From assembly GCA_963614875.1 (NCBI GenBank), contig CAVEFC010000002.1:4042-68041 (forward strand): a DNA stretch of 64,000 nt, in the 5' to 3' direction. Source of the stretch: an uncultured Eubacteriales bacterium. GTDB taxonomy: Bacteria; Bacillota; Clostridia; Oscillospirales; CAG-272. Numbering within the stretch: the first letter of the stretch is position 1; every line of letters starts with the position of its first letter. Below, piece by piece: positions 19,464 to 28,851 of this stretch. The position numbers were made by a program, and so were the translations under genes. The notes under the pieces are model-generated. The model ran no database searches. It had not been told where the DNA came from and was given only the letters and a program-made list of their open reading frames with translations.

Positions 19464-22400
19464 ATCTCGACCGTTCCGTCGAGTGCAAAAGAGTAGATGT
19501 ATGTGTGATCGGGAAGCTTTCCGAAAAGCTCGCGGCAGGCGTATTTATAATAGCCGAGCTGACGGCTGTGGCGTTGTGCGAGCGCTTTTTTTATTTCTTC
19601 TCTGTCCGTTCCGGCGGGGAAGAAATCCGTTTTGTAGTCTATGAGTATCAGCTCGCCGCTTTTGGTTTTCGCGGCGCAGTCTATAACGCCCTGAACCATA
19701 AGACGTTCACCCTTCAGCGCTTCTTTTGTCCTTTCGTCCTGAGAAAAGCTTTCGGCAGGATAAAAAATTATAAAGCGTTTTTCTCTGTAAAGCGCCTCGG
19801 CGTCGCGCATAAGAGCCGCCAGAGGCGATGAAAAGAACTTTTCGAGCTTTCGCACGTTCAGCTTTTCGCTGTCGCCGGAAAACAGAAATTTGTTTTCGGT
19901 CAGCCGCTTTATCTCGGCTCTTACGCCGGATTTATCTACATAGCCGAAATCAAAGAATTGCATAAACGTATGCATCGCCGTGCCGCGCGAAGCGCCGCTG
20001 TCGCTCTCGCCCGCGATAAACACGGGAACGGCAGGCTCGGACGGAGCGGTCGGGGAAGCTATTGTCGCCGCGTCGTCCTTTTCGTCGAGAACGTCGGGGA
20101 ACAGCCTTGAAACCGAAAGCTTTGAGGGGATTTTGCTCAGAAGTCCGTGCGGATAGACAAAATCAAGCCTTTTTTCCGCAAGATATCGCCCCTCGGCGTA
20201 TGTGCCTGCGGTTTTTTCTTCTGCTTTTGCCTGCGGTCTTTTCGCTTCGACGGGCTCCGTTACAAAATCAATCGAGCAAAGCTCGGGATTTGCCGAAAGC
20301 CCCGTGCAGAGCAGATCGAGCATCGAATTGCATTTTTTTCTCGCATACGATGAAAAAACGCTTCTGCGGAGGTTACATTCCGAGGCGGAATCCGTAAAAT
20401 CGTATTTTTTTGCGTTTTTTTCGTCGCAGCTGCCGGTTATCACAAGACGTCGCTTTGCGCGCGTGAGCGCAACGTAAAGCAGTCTGCATTTTTCTTCGCT
20501 CTGGCGAAACGCCTGAATTTCCGTCGCCGCGCGGCGCATCGGAGTGTCAATTCTTTTCGCGTCCTCGTATATTTTCGGCGCGAGCGGTATTCCGCGGACA
20601 GCCGCGGCGTTTGTCTTTGAGGAATCGCGGTTGAACATCCGCGCCGTATCGCAGAAGAACACCGTGTCGAATTCAAGACCTTTCGAGCCGTGAACCGTCA
20701 TTATTCTTACGGCGTCGGCTCCTCCGCCGAAGCCAGACATATCGACCTTCGAGTCCGTGTCTATAAGCTCGTCGATAAACGATATGAACGCATAAAGTCC
20801 GCGGCTTCCACCGCTTTCAAAGCTGCGCGCATAATCGTAAAGACGGCGCAGATTTGTGCTTACGCTTGCCTTGTCGCCTCCGCACAGAGCCATAATTTTT
20901 GTCCTTGAATAAACCTCGCGGACAAGCTCTCCGCAGGTGCATATTTTGGCGCGACTGCGGAACCTCTCGTGGTCGGAAAGAAATCTTTTGCCCTTTGCAA
21001 AGCCCGTTTCCTTTGTAAACGCTTTCAGCGCGGAGTAAAGCGAGCCTGTTTTTTTGAAGCGTCTTATGTATATCAGCTCGTCAAGCGTCACGTCGTAGAG
21101 TGGACTTTTGAGCGTCGCGGCGAGATAAACGTCGCGCGAGGGGTTGTCTATCGTATTTAGAAGCGAGAGCGCAACAAGCACCTCGGGACTCTGAAAGAAT
21201 TCCTTTGCCGTTCCGTTGCGGCAGGGAACGCCGCGCTTTTCAAGCTCGGAGGCTATGTCCGAGGCGCACGCTCCCGTCGGAATAAGCACGGCGATATCGC
21301 CGGCTTTCACCTCTCCCGACGAAATCAGCGCCGATATTTTTTCCGCCGCGACGGAAGCTTCCGTAAGCGAGGGCTTTTCGTCCGATCTGCATACTATGTG
21401 CATTTCGGGAAGAGGAGCTGACAGCTCTTTTTTTCCGCATACGAGCTTTTCGTCCTCGCCGTATAAGATTTTGCCGTCCGTATTCATAATCGCCGAAAAA
21501 ACGGCGTTTGTAAGGTTTATCACTTTATCTGCCGAACGGAAATTTTCCGAAAGAAAAAGCTTTGCGGCTTTGTCGCCCTGATGCTCGCCGTATTTTTTCC
21601 GGCTGCCAAGCTGCGCTTTGAATATCGAAGGCTCGGCGCCGCGGAAATCGTAAATGCTCTGTTTTATATCGCCCACGGTAAAGAGGTTGTCCTCTCTTGC
21701 GATGAGCGTGAATATCTTGTTCTGAAGCTCGTTTGTGTCCTGATATTCGTCTATGTAAACCTCGTCGAAGCGCGACGATATTTCCCCTGCCGCCGCGCTC
21801 TGACAGTCGTTTTCGGCATCGTACAGCAGATTCAGCGCAATGCGTTCGATGTCCGAAAAGCCGAGCATATGCCGGCGCTTTTTTTCGTCCGAAAGGCGAC
21901 GGTCGTATTCTCTGAAAAATTTTATAAGGTCGCTCTGAATGCTTTCCGTTCCGGAAATTGCTTTTTTCAGCGCGTCGTCAGTGCAGGAAAAATAGTTTTT
22001 GCGAAGCTCCGCAAGCTCCTTTTTGAATTTGCCGCGGACGCTTTTGAAATATTCAAGCTCGGGAGTTTTGAACTGCGTCTTTACCTGTCCGCATTTTACA
22101 ATGCGCGATTCAAAATCGGAAAGATATTCCTTTATATCCTCATACGGCGCACCCAGAAGAAGCTTGTTGTAAAGAATTCTGCAGATATCATAATCGGCTT
22201 CAAAGGCGGCTTCCCAGCCCGAAGTGCCCTCGCTTGCGCGGATTGTTTTCAGCGCGGTATCGAAAAAGCGCATATAATATCCGGCAAGTCCCGCGGCGAT
22301 ATCATATATTGCTTTTCCCCAGAAGGAAAGATGAAATTCCGTGCTTTCGGGCGGATTTTTTATCGCTTTTTCTCTGTTTACGCAGCTGCAGTAAAAATCG

Positions 22401-22948
22401 TGAAGCTTTACCGCCACCGGTGCAAGAGCGCTGTCCGACGACGGCGAGCCGAGCGTGTCCGAAAATTTCGGGAAATCCGATATTTCGTTTTCTTTTGAAA
22501 CGTTTCCGTCAAAATAATCGGAAATAAGCTCGTCCGCTATATCAAGCTTCATTATTTTTTCGGCGTCTGCGTCAAGCACGCCGAAGCCCGATATCCCCGT
22601 ATCCTGAAAGTTTTCGCGGATAAGGTCAAGACAAAAACCGTCTATCGTGCTTATTTTTGCGGACGGAAGAAGCAGCATCTGACGGATAAGCCGCCTGTCC
22701 GACGGATTTTTTACGCTTTCTTCGCTGAGCGCTTTTTCCGTTCTCGATACAAGCTCTGCGGCGGCGGCTCGGGTGAAGGTCACAACGAGCATACGCGAGA
22801 TGTCCGCCTTTCCGGAGCATATGCGCTCGGCTATGCGCCTTGTCAGGACGGCGGTTTTTCCGCTTCCCGCGGCGGCGCTTACGGCAAGGGAAATACCGTC
22901 TGCTTCTATTGCTTTTCTTTGCGACGGCGTCCAGATAATTTCGCCCAT
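19460..22948 (-). CDS. addA: AddA-type ATP-dependent helicase/nuclease (UvrD-like helicase with a C-terminal PD-(D/E)XK nuclease)
   Basis: N-terminus IWTPSQRKAIEADGISLAVSAAAGSGKTAVLTRRI, helicase motifs (VDEYQDTN, TVHGSKGLEF, LLYVALTRAK), and a C-terminal nuclease (GTAMHTFMQF...VQGVIDCAA...LIDYKTD...QLGYYKYA). Confidence 0.85.
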   Translation of the reverse strand: MGEIIWTPSQRKAIEADGISLAVSAAAGSGKTAVLTRRIAERICSGKADISRMLVVTFTRAAAAELVSRTEKALSEESVKNPSDRRLIRQMLLLPSAKISTIDGFCLDLIRENFQDTGISGFGVLDADAEKIMKLDIADELISDYFDGNVSKENEISDFPKFSDTLGSPSSDSALAPVAVKLHDFYCSCVNREKAIKNPPESTEFHLSFWGKAIYDIAAGLAGYYMRFFDTALKTIRASEGTSGWEAAFEADYDICRILYNKLLLGAPYEDIKEYLSDFESRIVKCGQVKTQFKTPELEYFKSVRGKFKKELAELRKNYFSCTDDALKKAISGTESIQSDLIKFFREYDRRLSDEKKRRHMLGFSDIERIALNLLYDAENDCQSAAAGEISSRFDEVYIDEYQDTNELQNKIFTLIAREDNLFTVGDIKQSIYDFRGAEPSIFKAQLGSRKKYGEHQGDKAAKLFLSENFRSADKVINLTNAVFSAIMNTDGKILYGEDEKLVCGKKELSAPLPEMHIVCRSDEKPSLTEASVAAEKISALISSGEVKAGDIAVLIPTGACASDIASELEKRGVPCRNGTAKEFFQSPEVLVALSLLNTIDNPSRDVYLAATLKSPLYDVTLDELIYIRRFKKTGSLYSALKAFTKETGFAKGKRFLSDHERFRSRAKICTCGELVREVYSRTKIMALCGGDKASVSTNLRRLYDYARSFESGGSRGLYAFISFIDELIDTDSKVDMSGFGGGADAVRIMTVHGSKGLEFDTVFFCDTARMFNRDSSKTNAAAVRGIPLAPKIYEDAKRIDTPMRRAATEIQAFRQSEEKCRLLYVALTRAKRRLVITGSCDEKNAKKYDFTDSASECNLRRSVFSSYARKKCNSMLDLLCTGLSANPELCSIDFVTEPVEAKRPQAKAEEKTAGTYAEGRYLAEKRLDFVYPHGLLSKIPSKLSVSRLFPDVLDEKDDAATIASPTAPSEPAVPVFIAGESDSGASRGTAMHTFMQFFDFGYVDKSGVRAEIKRLTENKFLFSGDSEKLNVRKLEKFFSSPLAALMRDAEALYREKRFIIFYPAESFSQDERTKEALKGERLMVQGVIDCAAKTKSGELILIDYKTDFFPAGTDREEIKKALAQRHSRQLGYYKYACRELFGKLPDHTYIYSFALDGTVEI

Positions 22949-22989
22949 ACCGGTATTCCTCCCTTGCCCGAAAAAATTTTCTCATAATA

Positions 22990-23018
22990 ATTATATAATC
23001 TTTGTGCGGCGATGTCAA
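22990..23018 (-). promoter_or_regulatory. Consensus sigma-A promoter for addA
   Basis: Minus strand reads TTGACA-17 nt-TATAAT (-35 is the complement of 23013-23018; -10 is the complement of 22990-22995). Confidence 0.65.
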
Positions 23019-23095
23019 TAAAAATGTTGGCGCGCCACGGAGGATAAAAAAACGACGAAAGCAAATTTTGCTTCCGCCGTTATGAAGGCTTTGTT

Positions 23096-24061
23096 TTATG
23101 CTTTGCCGTTTGAGCCGAGAACATCGACGATCTTGTGCTTGACCATCTTCTTTACTTCGTCTCTGCCTACGGAAAGATAGGTTCTGGGATCGAATACCTC
23201 GGGCTGATTTGCAAGCACTCTGCGAATGCCTGCCGTCATTGCAAGACGGATATCGGAGTCGATGTTGATCTTGCAGACAGCCATCTTTGCAGCCTGACGG
23301 AGCTCGTCCTCGGGAATACCGATAGCGTCGGGCATATGACCGCCGAGAGAATTGATTTCCTTTACGCAGTCCTGAGCGACGCTGGAAGCGCCGTGAAGAA
23401 CGATCGGGAATTCGGGAAGTCTTTTTTCGATCTCTTCGAGAATATCGAAACGGAGCGGAGGCGGAACAAGGATACCGTCCGCATTGCGCGTGCACTGAGC
23501 GGGCGTGAATTTGTATGCGCCGTGAGAAGTGCCGATAGCGATAGCGAGCGAGTCAACGCCGGTACGCGAAACGAATTCTTCAACCTCTTCGGGACGTGTG
23601 TAGGAGGAATCCTCAGCGGAAACGTGAACGTCGTCTTCGATTCCTGCAAGCTTGCCGATTTCGCCTTCTACAACTACGCCGTGAGCGTGAGCATAATCCA
23701 CAACCTTTTTTGTAAGAGCGATATTCTCTTCAAAAGAATATTTTGAGCCGTCGATCATAACGGAGGTAAAACCGCCGTCAATGCAGGATTTGCAGATGTC
23801 GAAATCCGCGCCGTGATCGAGATGAAGCGCAAAATCAACGCCCGTATCTTCAACCGCCGCCCGTGCAAGAGCCATAAGATATGCGGGCTTTGCATATTTT
23901 CTTGCGCCTGCCGATACCTGAAGAATAACAGGCGATTTTTCTTCGGCGGCAGCCTCGGTTATAGCCTGAATTATCTCCATATTGTTGATGTTGAAGGCGC
24001 CTACGGCATATCCGCCGGCATAAGCCTTTTTGAACATTTCCTTTGTTGTTACAAGTGCCAT
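23096..24061 (-). CDS. fba: Class II fructose-1,6-bisphosphate aldolase
   Basis: MALVTTKEMFKKAYAGGYAVGAFNINNMEI...LHLDHG...GTSHGAYKF...LHGASS. Typical FbaA of 321 aa. Confidence 0.95.
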   Translation of the reverse strand: MALVTTKEMFKKAYAGGYAVGAFNINNMEIIQAITEAAAEEKSPVILQVSAGARKYAKPAYLMALARAAVEDTGVDFALHLDHGADFDICKSCIDGGFTSVMIDGSKYSFEENIALTKKVVDYAHAHGVVVEGEIGKLAGIEDDVHVSAEDSSYTRPEEVEEFVSRTGVDSLAIAIGTSHGAYKFTPAQCTRNADGILVPPPLRFDILEEIEKRLPEFPIVLHGASSVAQDCVKEINSLGGHMPDAIGIPEDELRQAAKMAVCKINIDSDIRLAMTAGIRRVLANQPEVFDPRTYLSVGRDEVKKMVKHKIVDVLGSNGKA

Positions 24062-24235
24062 TTATAAAATCCTTTCCTGCCGCAAATGCGACAATTCAAA
24101 TTTATGCAATTTATATTTTATACCGATTTCCCGTTTATTGCAATACATAACCCGAAAATTTAATATTTTATATACATTCTTTTGCGAACGGAAATTCAAA
24201 AAGCACCCCGAAAGGAGTGCTTTTTGCTGTTATTC

Positions 24236-26332
24236 TCAGTCTTCTTTAAGTGCGTCTTTTCTTGAAAGATTTATTCTGCCCTTTTCGTCTGTACCGAGGA
24301 ATTTGACGGTTATCTTGTCGCCGACGGAAACAACGTCCTCAACGTTTTCAACTCTCTTTGTATCGAGCTTTGAAATGTGAACGAGTCCTTCCTTGCCGGG
24401 AGCGATTTCGACAAATGCGCCGATAGGAATTATTCTTGTTACCGTGCCTGTGTAGCAGCAGCCTTCAACCGGCTCGAAAACTATCGCGTCGATAATGCCT
24501 TTTGCAACGTAAGCGTCCTCTTTGTTTACTGCGAGAATGAAGATTGAGCCGTCCTCTTCGATGTCTATCTTCGTGTTTGTTTCGGCTGTGATCTTCTGAA
24601 TCACCTCGCCGCCCTTGCCGATAACCTCTCTTATCTTGTCGGGGTTGATCTTCATTGAGATCATCTTCGGAGCGTACTTGCCTACGTCCGCTCTGGGTGC
24701 GGGAATAGCTTTGAGAATTACCTCGTCTATGATATAATCTCTGCCCTTGTGAGTTGTTTCAAGCGCATTTTTGATTATTTCGGGAGTAAGACCGTCGATT
24801 TTAAGGTCCATCTGAATGGAGGTGATACCTTTGTGAGTACCTGCGACCTTGAAGTCCATATCGCCGTAGAAGTCTTCAAGTCCCTGAATGTCTATCATTG
24901 TGTCCCATGAGCCGTCCTCGGCTGTGATAAGTCCGCAGGAGATGCCCGCAACGGGAGCTTTTATCGGAACGCCTGCGTCCATAAGCGCAAGAGTCGAGCC
25001 GCATACCGAACCCTGCGATGTCGAACCGTTTGAAGAAACGACCTCGCTTACGACGCGGATTGCATAGGGGAATTCTTCCTTTGAGGGAAGCACGGGAACA
25101 AGCGATCTTTCGGCGAGCGCACCGTGACCGATCTCTCTGCGTCCGGGAGTGCGGAGCGCTTTTGCTTCGCCCGTGGAATATCCGGGCATATTGTAATGAT
25201 GCATATAGCGTTTTTCTTTTTCGTCGTCAAGACCGTCAAGCTGCTGTGCGTCGCTCATAGGTCCGAGCGTCACAACGGAAAGCACCTGAGTCTGACCTCT
25301 TGTAAAGAGACCTGAGCCGTGTGTTCTGGGAAGAACGCCGACCTCGCTTGCGAGAGGACGGATCTGATCCATTCTTCTGCCGTCAACACGCTTTTTGTCA
25401 ACGAGAAGCCAGCGACGGACAATCTTCTTCTGAATTTTATAGATAAGCTCGGGAAGAACGACGGGAAGATCCGGATATTCTTCGGAGAACTTTTCAAGGA
25501 TGTCGTCCTGAATGGGCTGCATTTTTGCGTCACGGACGGTTTTGTCGTCTGTGTCGAGAGCTTCCATAACGGCTTTTTCGCAATAGTCGAAGATTTTATC
25601 GAACATATCGTGATCGAGCTCGCAGGAAGGATAATCGAACTTCGGCTTGCCGACAGTTGCAATTATCTCGTTTATAAATACGAGAAGCTTCTTTATTTCT
25701 TCATGAGCGTACATAATCGCATTGTACATATCCTCATCGGATACTTCCTTCGCGCCGGCTTCTATCATAACGACCTTCTTTTCGGAAGCCGCAACGGTAA
25801 GCTCAAGCACGCTTTCTTTTCTTTCCTCTGCCGTCGGGTTGATGATGAACTTATTGTCGATCATACCGACAAACGCGCCGCCGATAGGTCCGTTCCACGG
25901 AATATCGGAGATGGAAAGGGCGATGGACGCGCCGATCATAGCCGTGATTTCGGGCGAGCAATCGGGATCAACGCTCATTACCGTGAGAGTAAGAGCGACG
26001 TCGTTGCGCAGATCCTTGGGGAAAAGGGGACGGATGGGACGGTCGATGACGCGGCTTGTAAGGATAGCCTTTTCACCCGGTCTGCCCTCTCTTCTTGTAA
26101 AGCTTCCCGGAATTCTGCCTACGGCATAAAGCTTTTCGTCGTAATCGACGGAAAGGGGAAGAAAATCAATACCGTCGCGGGGCTTGGGAGATGCCGTCGC
26201 ACACGCGAGTATTACGGTTTCGCCGTAGCTTATCATACACGAGCCGTTCGCAAGACCCGCAACCTTGCCTACCTCTACTTTAAGAGGTCTGCCTGCGTAT
26301 TCGTAATTGAATACCTTGTAGTTTTCAAACAT
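24236..26332 (-). CDS. pnp: Polyribonucleotide nucleotidyltransferase (PNPase)
   Basis: Two RNase PH domains followed by KH (GKGGEVIQKI) and S1 (YTGTVTRIIPIGAFVEIAPGKEGLVHISKL) domains. 698 aa. Confidence 0.97.
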   Translation of the reverse strand: MFENYKVFNYEYAGRPLKVEVGKVAGLANGSCMISYGETVILACATASPKPRDGIDFLPLSVDYDEKLYAVGRIPGSFTRREGRPGEKAILTSRVIDRPIRPLFPKDLRNDVALTLTVMSVDPDCSPEITAMIGASIALSISDIPWNGPIGGAFVGMIDNKFIINPTAEERKESVLELTVAASEKKVVMIEAGAKEVSDEDMYNAIMYAHEEIKKLLVFINEIIATVGKPKFDYPSCELDHDMFDKIFDYCEKAVMEALDTDDKTVRDAKMQPIQDDILEKFSEEYPDLPVVLPELIYKIQKKIVRRWLLVDKKRVDGRRMDQIRPLASEVGVLPRTHGSGLFTRGQTQVLSVVTLGPMSDAQQLDGLDDEKEKRYMHHYNMPGYSTGEAKALRTPGRREIGHGALAERSLVPVLPSKEEFPYAIRVVSEVVSSNGSTSQGSVCGSTLALMDAGVPIKAPVAGISCGLITAEDGSWDTMIDIQGLEDFYGDMDFKVAGTHKGITSIQMDLKIDGLTPEIIKNALETTHKGRDYIIDEVILKAIPAPRADVGKYAPKMISMKINPDKIREVIGKGGEVIQKITAETNTKIDIEEDGSIFILAVNKEDAYVAKGIIDAIVFEPVEGCCYTGTVTRIIPIGAFVEIAPGKEGLVHISKLDTKRVENVEDVVSVGDKITVKFLGTDEKGRINLSRKDALKED

Positions 26333-26480
26333 TTTTTTGCCTCCTGAATTATTTATTTATTCTTCAAGCGGCGGGGGTTTTGTTTAGCATTTAATCAAAA
26401 TCCGGAAAGCTTTTTTCCGAGCCTTGATTAACTGCTATACAAAATCCGCTTCCGCCGCGTAAAAGACGTCCGGAATTTGC

Positions 26481-26508
26481 GAAAGGGGCGGATATTTCCG
26501 CCCCTTTC
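26481..26508 (-). terminator. Hairpin terminator downstream of rpsO
   Basis: GAAAGGGGCGGA-TATT-TCCGCCCCTTTC, with a weak U-tract. Confidence 0.6.
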
Positions 26509-26518
26509 GGAGAATAGC

Positions 26519-26782
26519 TTATTTTCTTATGCCGAGCTTTTCAATGATCGCACGGTAGCGGTTGATATCCTTCTTCTGAAGGTAGCTGAGAAGGCTTCTT
26601 CTCTGACCTACCATTTTAAGAAGGCCTCTGCGGCTGTGATGGTCATTGTTGTTGAGCTTGAGATGCTCGTTAAGATGGTTGATTCTTGCCGTGAGAATGG
26701 CGATCTGTACCTCGGGCGAGCCTGTGTCGCCTTCGTGCATGGCATTTTCCGTGATAATCTGTTGTTTCTGTTCCTTAAGCAT
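26519..26782 (-). CDS. rpsO: 30S ribosomal protein S15
   Basis: 87 aa. ...[48 protein letters not shown]. Confidence 0.97.
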   Translation of the reverse strand: MLKEQKQQIITENAMHEGDTGSPEVQIAILTARINHLNEHLKLNNNDHHSRRGLLKMVGQRRSLLSYLQKKDINRYRAIIEKLGIRK

Positions 26783-27013
26783 TGTTTTTCACCTCAAAAA
26801 AATATTTTTGCTTATCGGACACCGAAGCGGGCGGCGGGTGAAGTGTTTTTATAAAAACCTTATATCCGCAGGCTGCGCTGCCGAATTTTCGCAAATGAGA
26901 TTATATCATAAAGGAAATGACTTGTAAAGAGTTTTTCCGAAAAAAACGAATTTATTTGATTTTCCTTGCGAAATTTTTTATATCCGGCTTGATTTTTATC
27001 GCTCGTAATTATG

Positions 27014-27042
27014 TTGACTTTTGATTTTGCGTATGATATAAT
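27014..27042 (+). promoter_or_regulatory. Sigma-A promoter for the GH130 gene
   Basis: TTGACT (27014-27019), 17-nt spacer, TATAAT (27037-27042). Confidence 0.6.
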
Positions 27043-27076
27043 CGGGCAGTAACAAAAAATCGGGGGAGAGATTATT

Positions 27077-28075
27077 ATGCCCAAAATGCAGCCGGAGATT
27101 TTTTCAAGCTCCGTAATTCACAGATACAATGACGGAAAGCCCGTGCTTTCCAAAGAGAACGTACCGTATCCGGCAGATCTTGTTTTCAATGCCGGAGTCG
27201 CAAAATTCAACGGAAAATATATTATGGTTTTCCGCGACGGCTATGAACGCACCTCGTGGGGCGGAACGAAATATACCGTCATCGGCATAGCCGAAAGCGA
27301 CGACGGCAAAAAGTGGGATGTACGTCCCACGCCGTTTATGACGTGCGAAATGATGAATGATCCGGACGTGACAATGGTTTACGATCCGCGGCTTACGGTT
27401 ATCGACGGCAGACTTTATATCTGCTTTGCCGTTGATACAAAGCACGGTGTGCGCGGCGGAGTTGCCGTAACGGACGATCTTGAACATGTGGAAATTCTTT
27501 CGCTTTCCGTGCCGGACAACAGAAACATGGTGCTTTTCCCCGAAAAAATAGGCGGAAATTATGTCCGCCTCGAAAGGCCTATGCCCGTTTATTCGCGCGG
27601 CGGAAAGGATCGCTTCGATATATGGCTTTCCGAATCGCCCGATATGCGCTTCTGGGGAAAATCACGGCTTGTTATGGGCGTTGAAAACGTTCCGTTCGCA
27701 AACGACAAGATCGGTCCCGGCGCGCCCCCGATAAAAACCGGAAAGGGCTGGCTTACCACCTTCCACGCCGTGCACAGAGATTCATCGCGCGGGAAAAACG
27801 GCTGGGAAGCGCAATGGACAAAATGCTATCACGCCGGAATAATGCTGCTTGATCTGTGCGATCCGTCAAAAATAATCGGAATGTCGGAGACGCCGCTTAT
27901 CGCGCCCGAAACCTATTGGGAAACGGACGAGGGCTGTCGTACAAATGTTGTTTTCCCCGGCGGAATGATACTTGAAGACGACGGCGAGGTGAAAATTTAT
28001 TACGGCGCGTCGGACACGGTGGAATGTCTTGCCACGGCTTCCCTTGACGATCTGCTTTCGCTTGTGACAAAATAA
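27077..28075 (+). CDS. Glycoside hydrolase family 130 (beta-mannoside phosphorylase-like)
   Basis: FNAGVAKFNGKYIMVFRD...YDPRLTVIDGRLYICFA...NRNMVLFPEKIGGNYVRLERP...GPGAPPIKTGKGWLTTFHAV...YYGASDT. Typical GH130 five-bladed propeller signature. Confidence 0.8.
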   Translation: MPKMQPEIFSSSVIHRYNDGKPVLSKENVPYPADLVFNAGVAKFNGKYIMVFRDGYERTSWGGTKYTVIGIAESDDGKKWDVRPTPFMTCEMMNDPDVTMVYDPRLTVIDGRLYICFAVDTKHGVRGGVAVTDDLEHVEILSLSVPDNRNMVLFPEKIGGNYVRLERPMPVYSRGGKDRFDIWLSESPDMRFWGKSRLVMGVENVPFANDKIGPGAPPIKTGKGWLTTFHAVHRDSSRGKNGWEAQWTKCYHAGIMLLDLCDPSKIIGMSETPLIAPETYWETDEGCRTNVVFPGGMILEDDGEVKIYYGASDTVECLATASLDDLLSLVTK

Positions 28076-28082
28076 AATAAAA

Positions 28083-28112
28083 ACCCGCAGTGCTGTTGCG
28101 CTGCGGTTTTAT
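28083..28112. terminator. Bidirectional terminator between the GH130 and XRE genes
   Basis: AAAAACCCGCAG-TGCTGTTGCG-CTGCGGTTTTATTT. Confidence 0.75.
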
Positions 28113-28336
28113 TTATCCTTATAAAGCTCGCGCGGCTCGTTTGTAAGTCCGGCAAGATAATCAAGCGATACGTTGTAGAATTTTGCAAGGGTAATAAAAT
28201 GGTGCATGGGAAGTTCGCGTTTGCCCATTTCATACATTGAGTAGTGCTGTTGAGATATTTTCAAAAGCTGCGAAATGTTTCCCTGACTTAAATCTTTATC
28301 TTCTCTTAGGTCGCGCAACCTTTGATAAAAGTGCAT
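28109..28336 (-). CDS. XRE-family HTH transcriptional regulator (75 aa)
   Basis: MHFYQRLRDLREDKDLSQGNISQLLKISQQHYSMYEMGKRELPMHHFITLAKFYNVSLDYLAGLT. The ATG at 28336 is preceded by AGGAGAGG. The track start at 28366 is less likely. Confidence 0.85.
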   Translation of the reverse strand: MHFYQRLRDLREDKDLSQGNISQLLKISQQHYSMYEMGKRELPMHHFITLAKFYNVSLDYLAGLTNEPRELYKDK

Positions 28337-28406
28337 AACGCCTCTCCTTTTCACAACTTCACGCATAAATTCAGTGAGTTTTGAAAAATTATATCAGTCA
28401 TACGTT

Positions 28407-28461
28407 TGTATGTACTTGATTTACATATTTATGTATGTTATAATAAACATATATGTATGTA
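28407..28461 (+). promoter_or_regulatory. Promoter with three direct TGTATGT(A/T) motifs (putative XRE operators) driving the 91-aa gene
   Basis: TTGATT (28416-28421), 17-nt spacer, TATAAT (28439-28444). TGTATGTA at 28407, TGTATGTT at 28432 and TGTATGTA at 28454 overlap the promoter. Confidence 0.55.
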
Positions 28462-28477
28462 AAGGAGATTTTCTTAT

Positions 28478-28753
28478 ATGGATAACAAGGAAAAAATCAA
28501 AGAGCTTATGGCAAGAATCGACGAAACCGACAAGGCTTCGATGGGACTTTATATTGCGCTCAACGTAGATTTTATGCTTCTTGAGTTTGACGCGGCAAAA
28601 GCATCGGACGATAATTCCGGAAAAACAAAAAAATCCGCAAAGGCGCAGCCTTCCGAAGAAATTTTACAGGATCTGAAAATGCGTATTTTTGAGCTCGGTC
28701 GTCAGAGCGATATTCAGCGCGCGGCAATAAACGAGCTGAAAACTCTTGTCTGA
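28478..28753 (+). CDS. Hypothetical helical/coiled-coil protein (91 aa)
   Basis: Good RBS (AAAGGAG). Transcribed divergently from the XRE gene. No family recognised. Confidence 0.55.
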   Translation: MDNKEKIKELMARIDETDKASMGLYIALNVDFMLLEFDAAKASDDNSGKTKKSAKAQPSEEILQDLKMRIFELGRQSDIQRAAINELKTLV

Positions 28754-28820
28754 TTTTATCCGCCGGCGGCAGTGCTTAAACAAAAAATCCCCGCCCGGAG
28801 CTTTATCCGTAAGGGAAAAT

Positions 28821-28851
28821 AAAAAACCTCGTCCGACGGGACGAGGTTTTT
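28821..28851. terminator. Bidirectional terminator shared by the 91-aa gene and tRNA-Lys
   Basis: AAAAAA-CCTCGTCC-GACG-GGACGAGG-TTTTTT. Confidence 0.85.

Noticed and set aside
18343-19496. Plus-strand ORFs 18343-18843 (166 aa) and 18900-19496 (198 aa)
   Set aside because: They are antisense to the XRE gene, the micropeptide and the membrane-protein gene. They have no RBS, and their composition suggests they are non-coding.
19460-22948. The UvrD-like helicase-nuclease as an anti-phage defence gene (Gabija, Nhi or Hachiman-like)
   Set aside because: The motif order and the N-terminal WTxxQxxAI...AGSGKT and C-terminal PD-(D/E)XK arrangement match housekeeping AddA. No partner defence genes are nearby, and the flanking genes are core.
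26783-26870. S15 autoregulatory leader upstream of rpsO
   Set aside because: Only a short GC-rich stem (CACCG...CGGTG region) is visible. I cannot support a specific S15-binding structure by eye.
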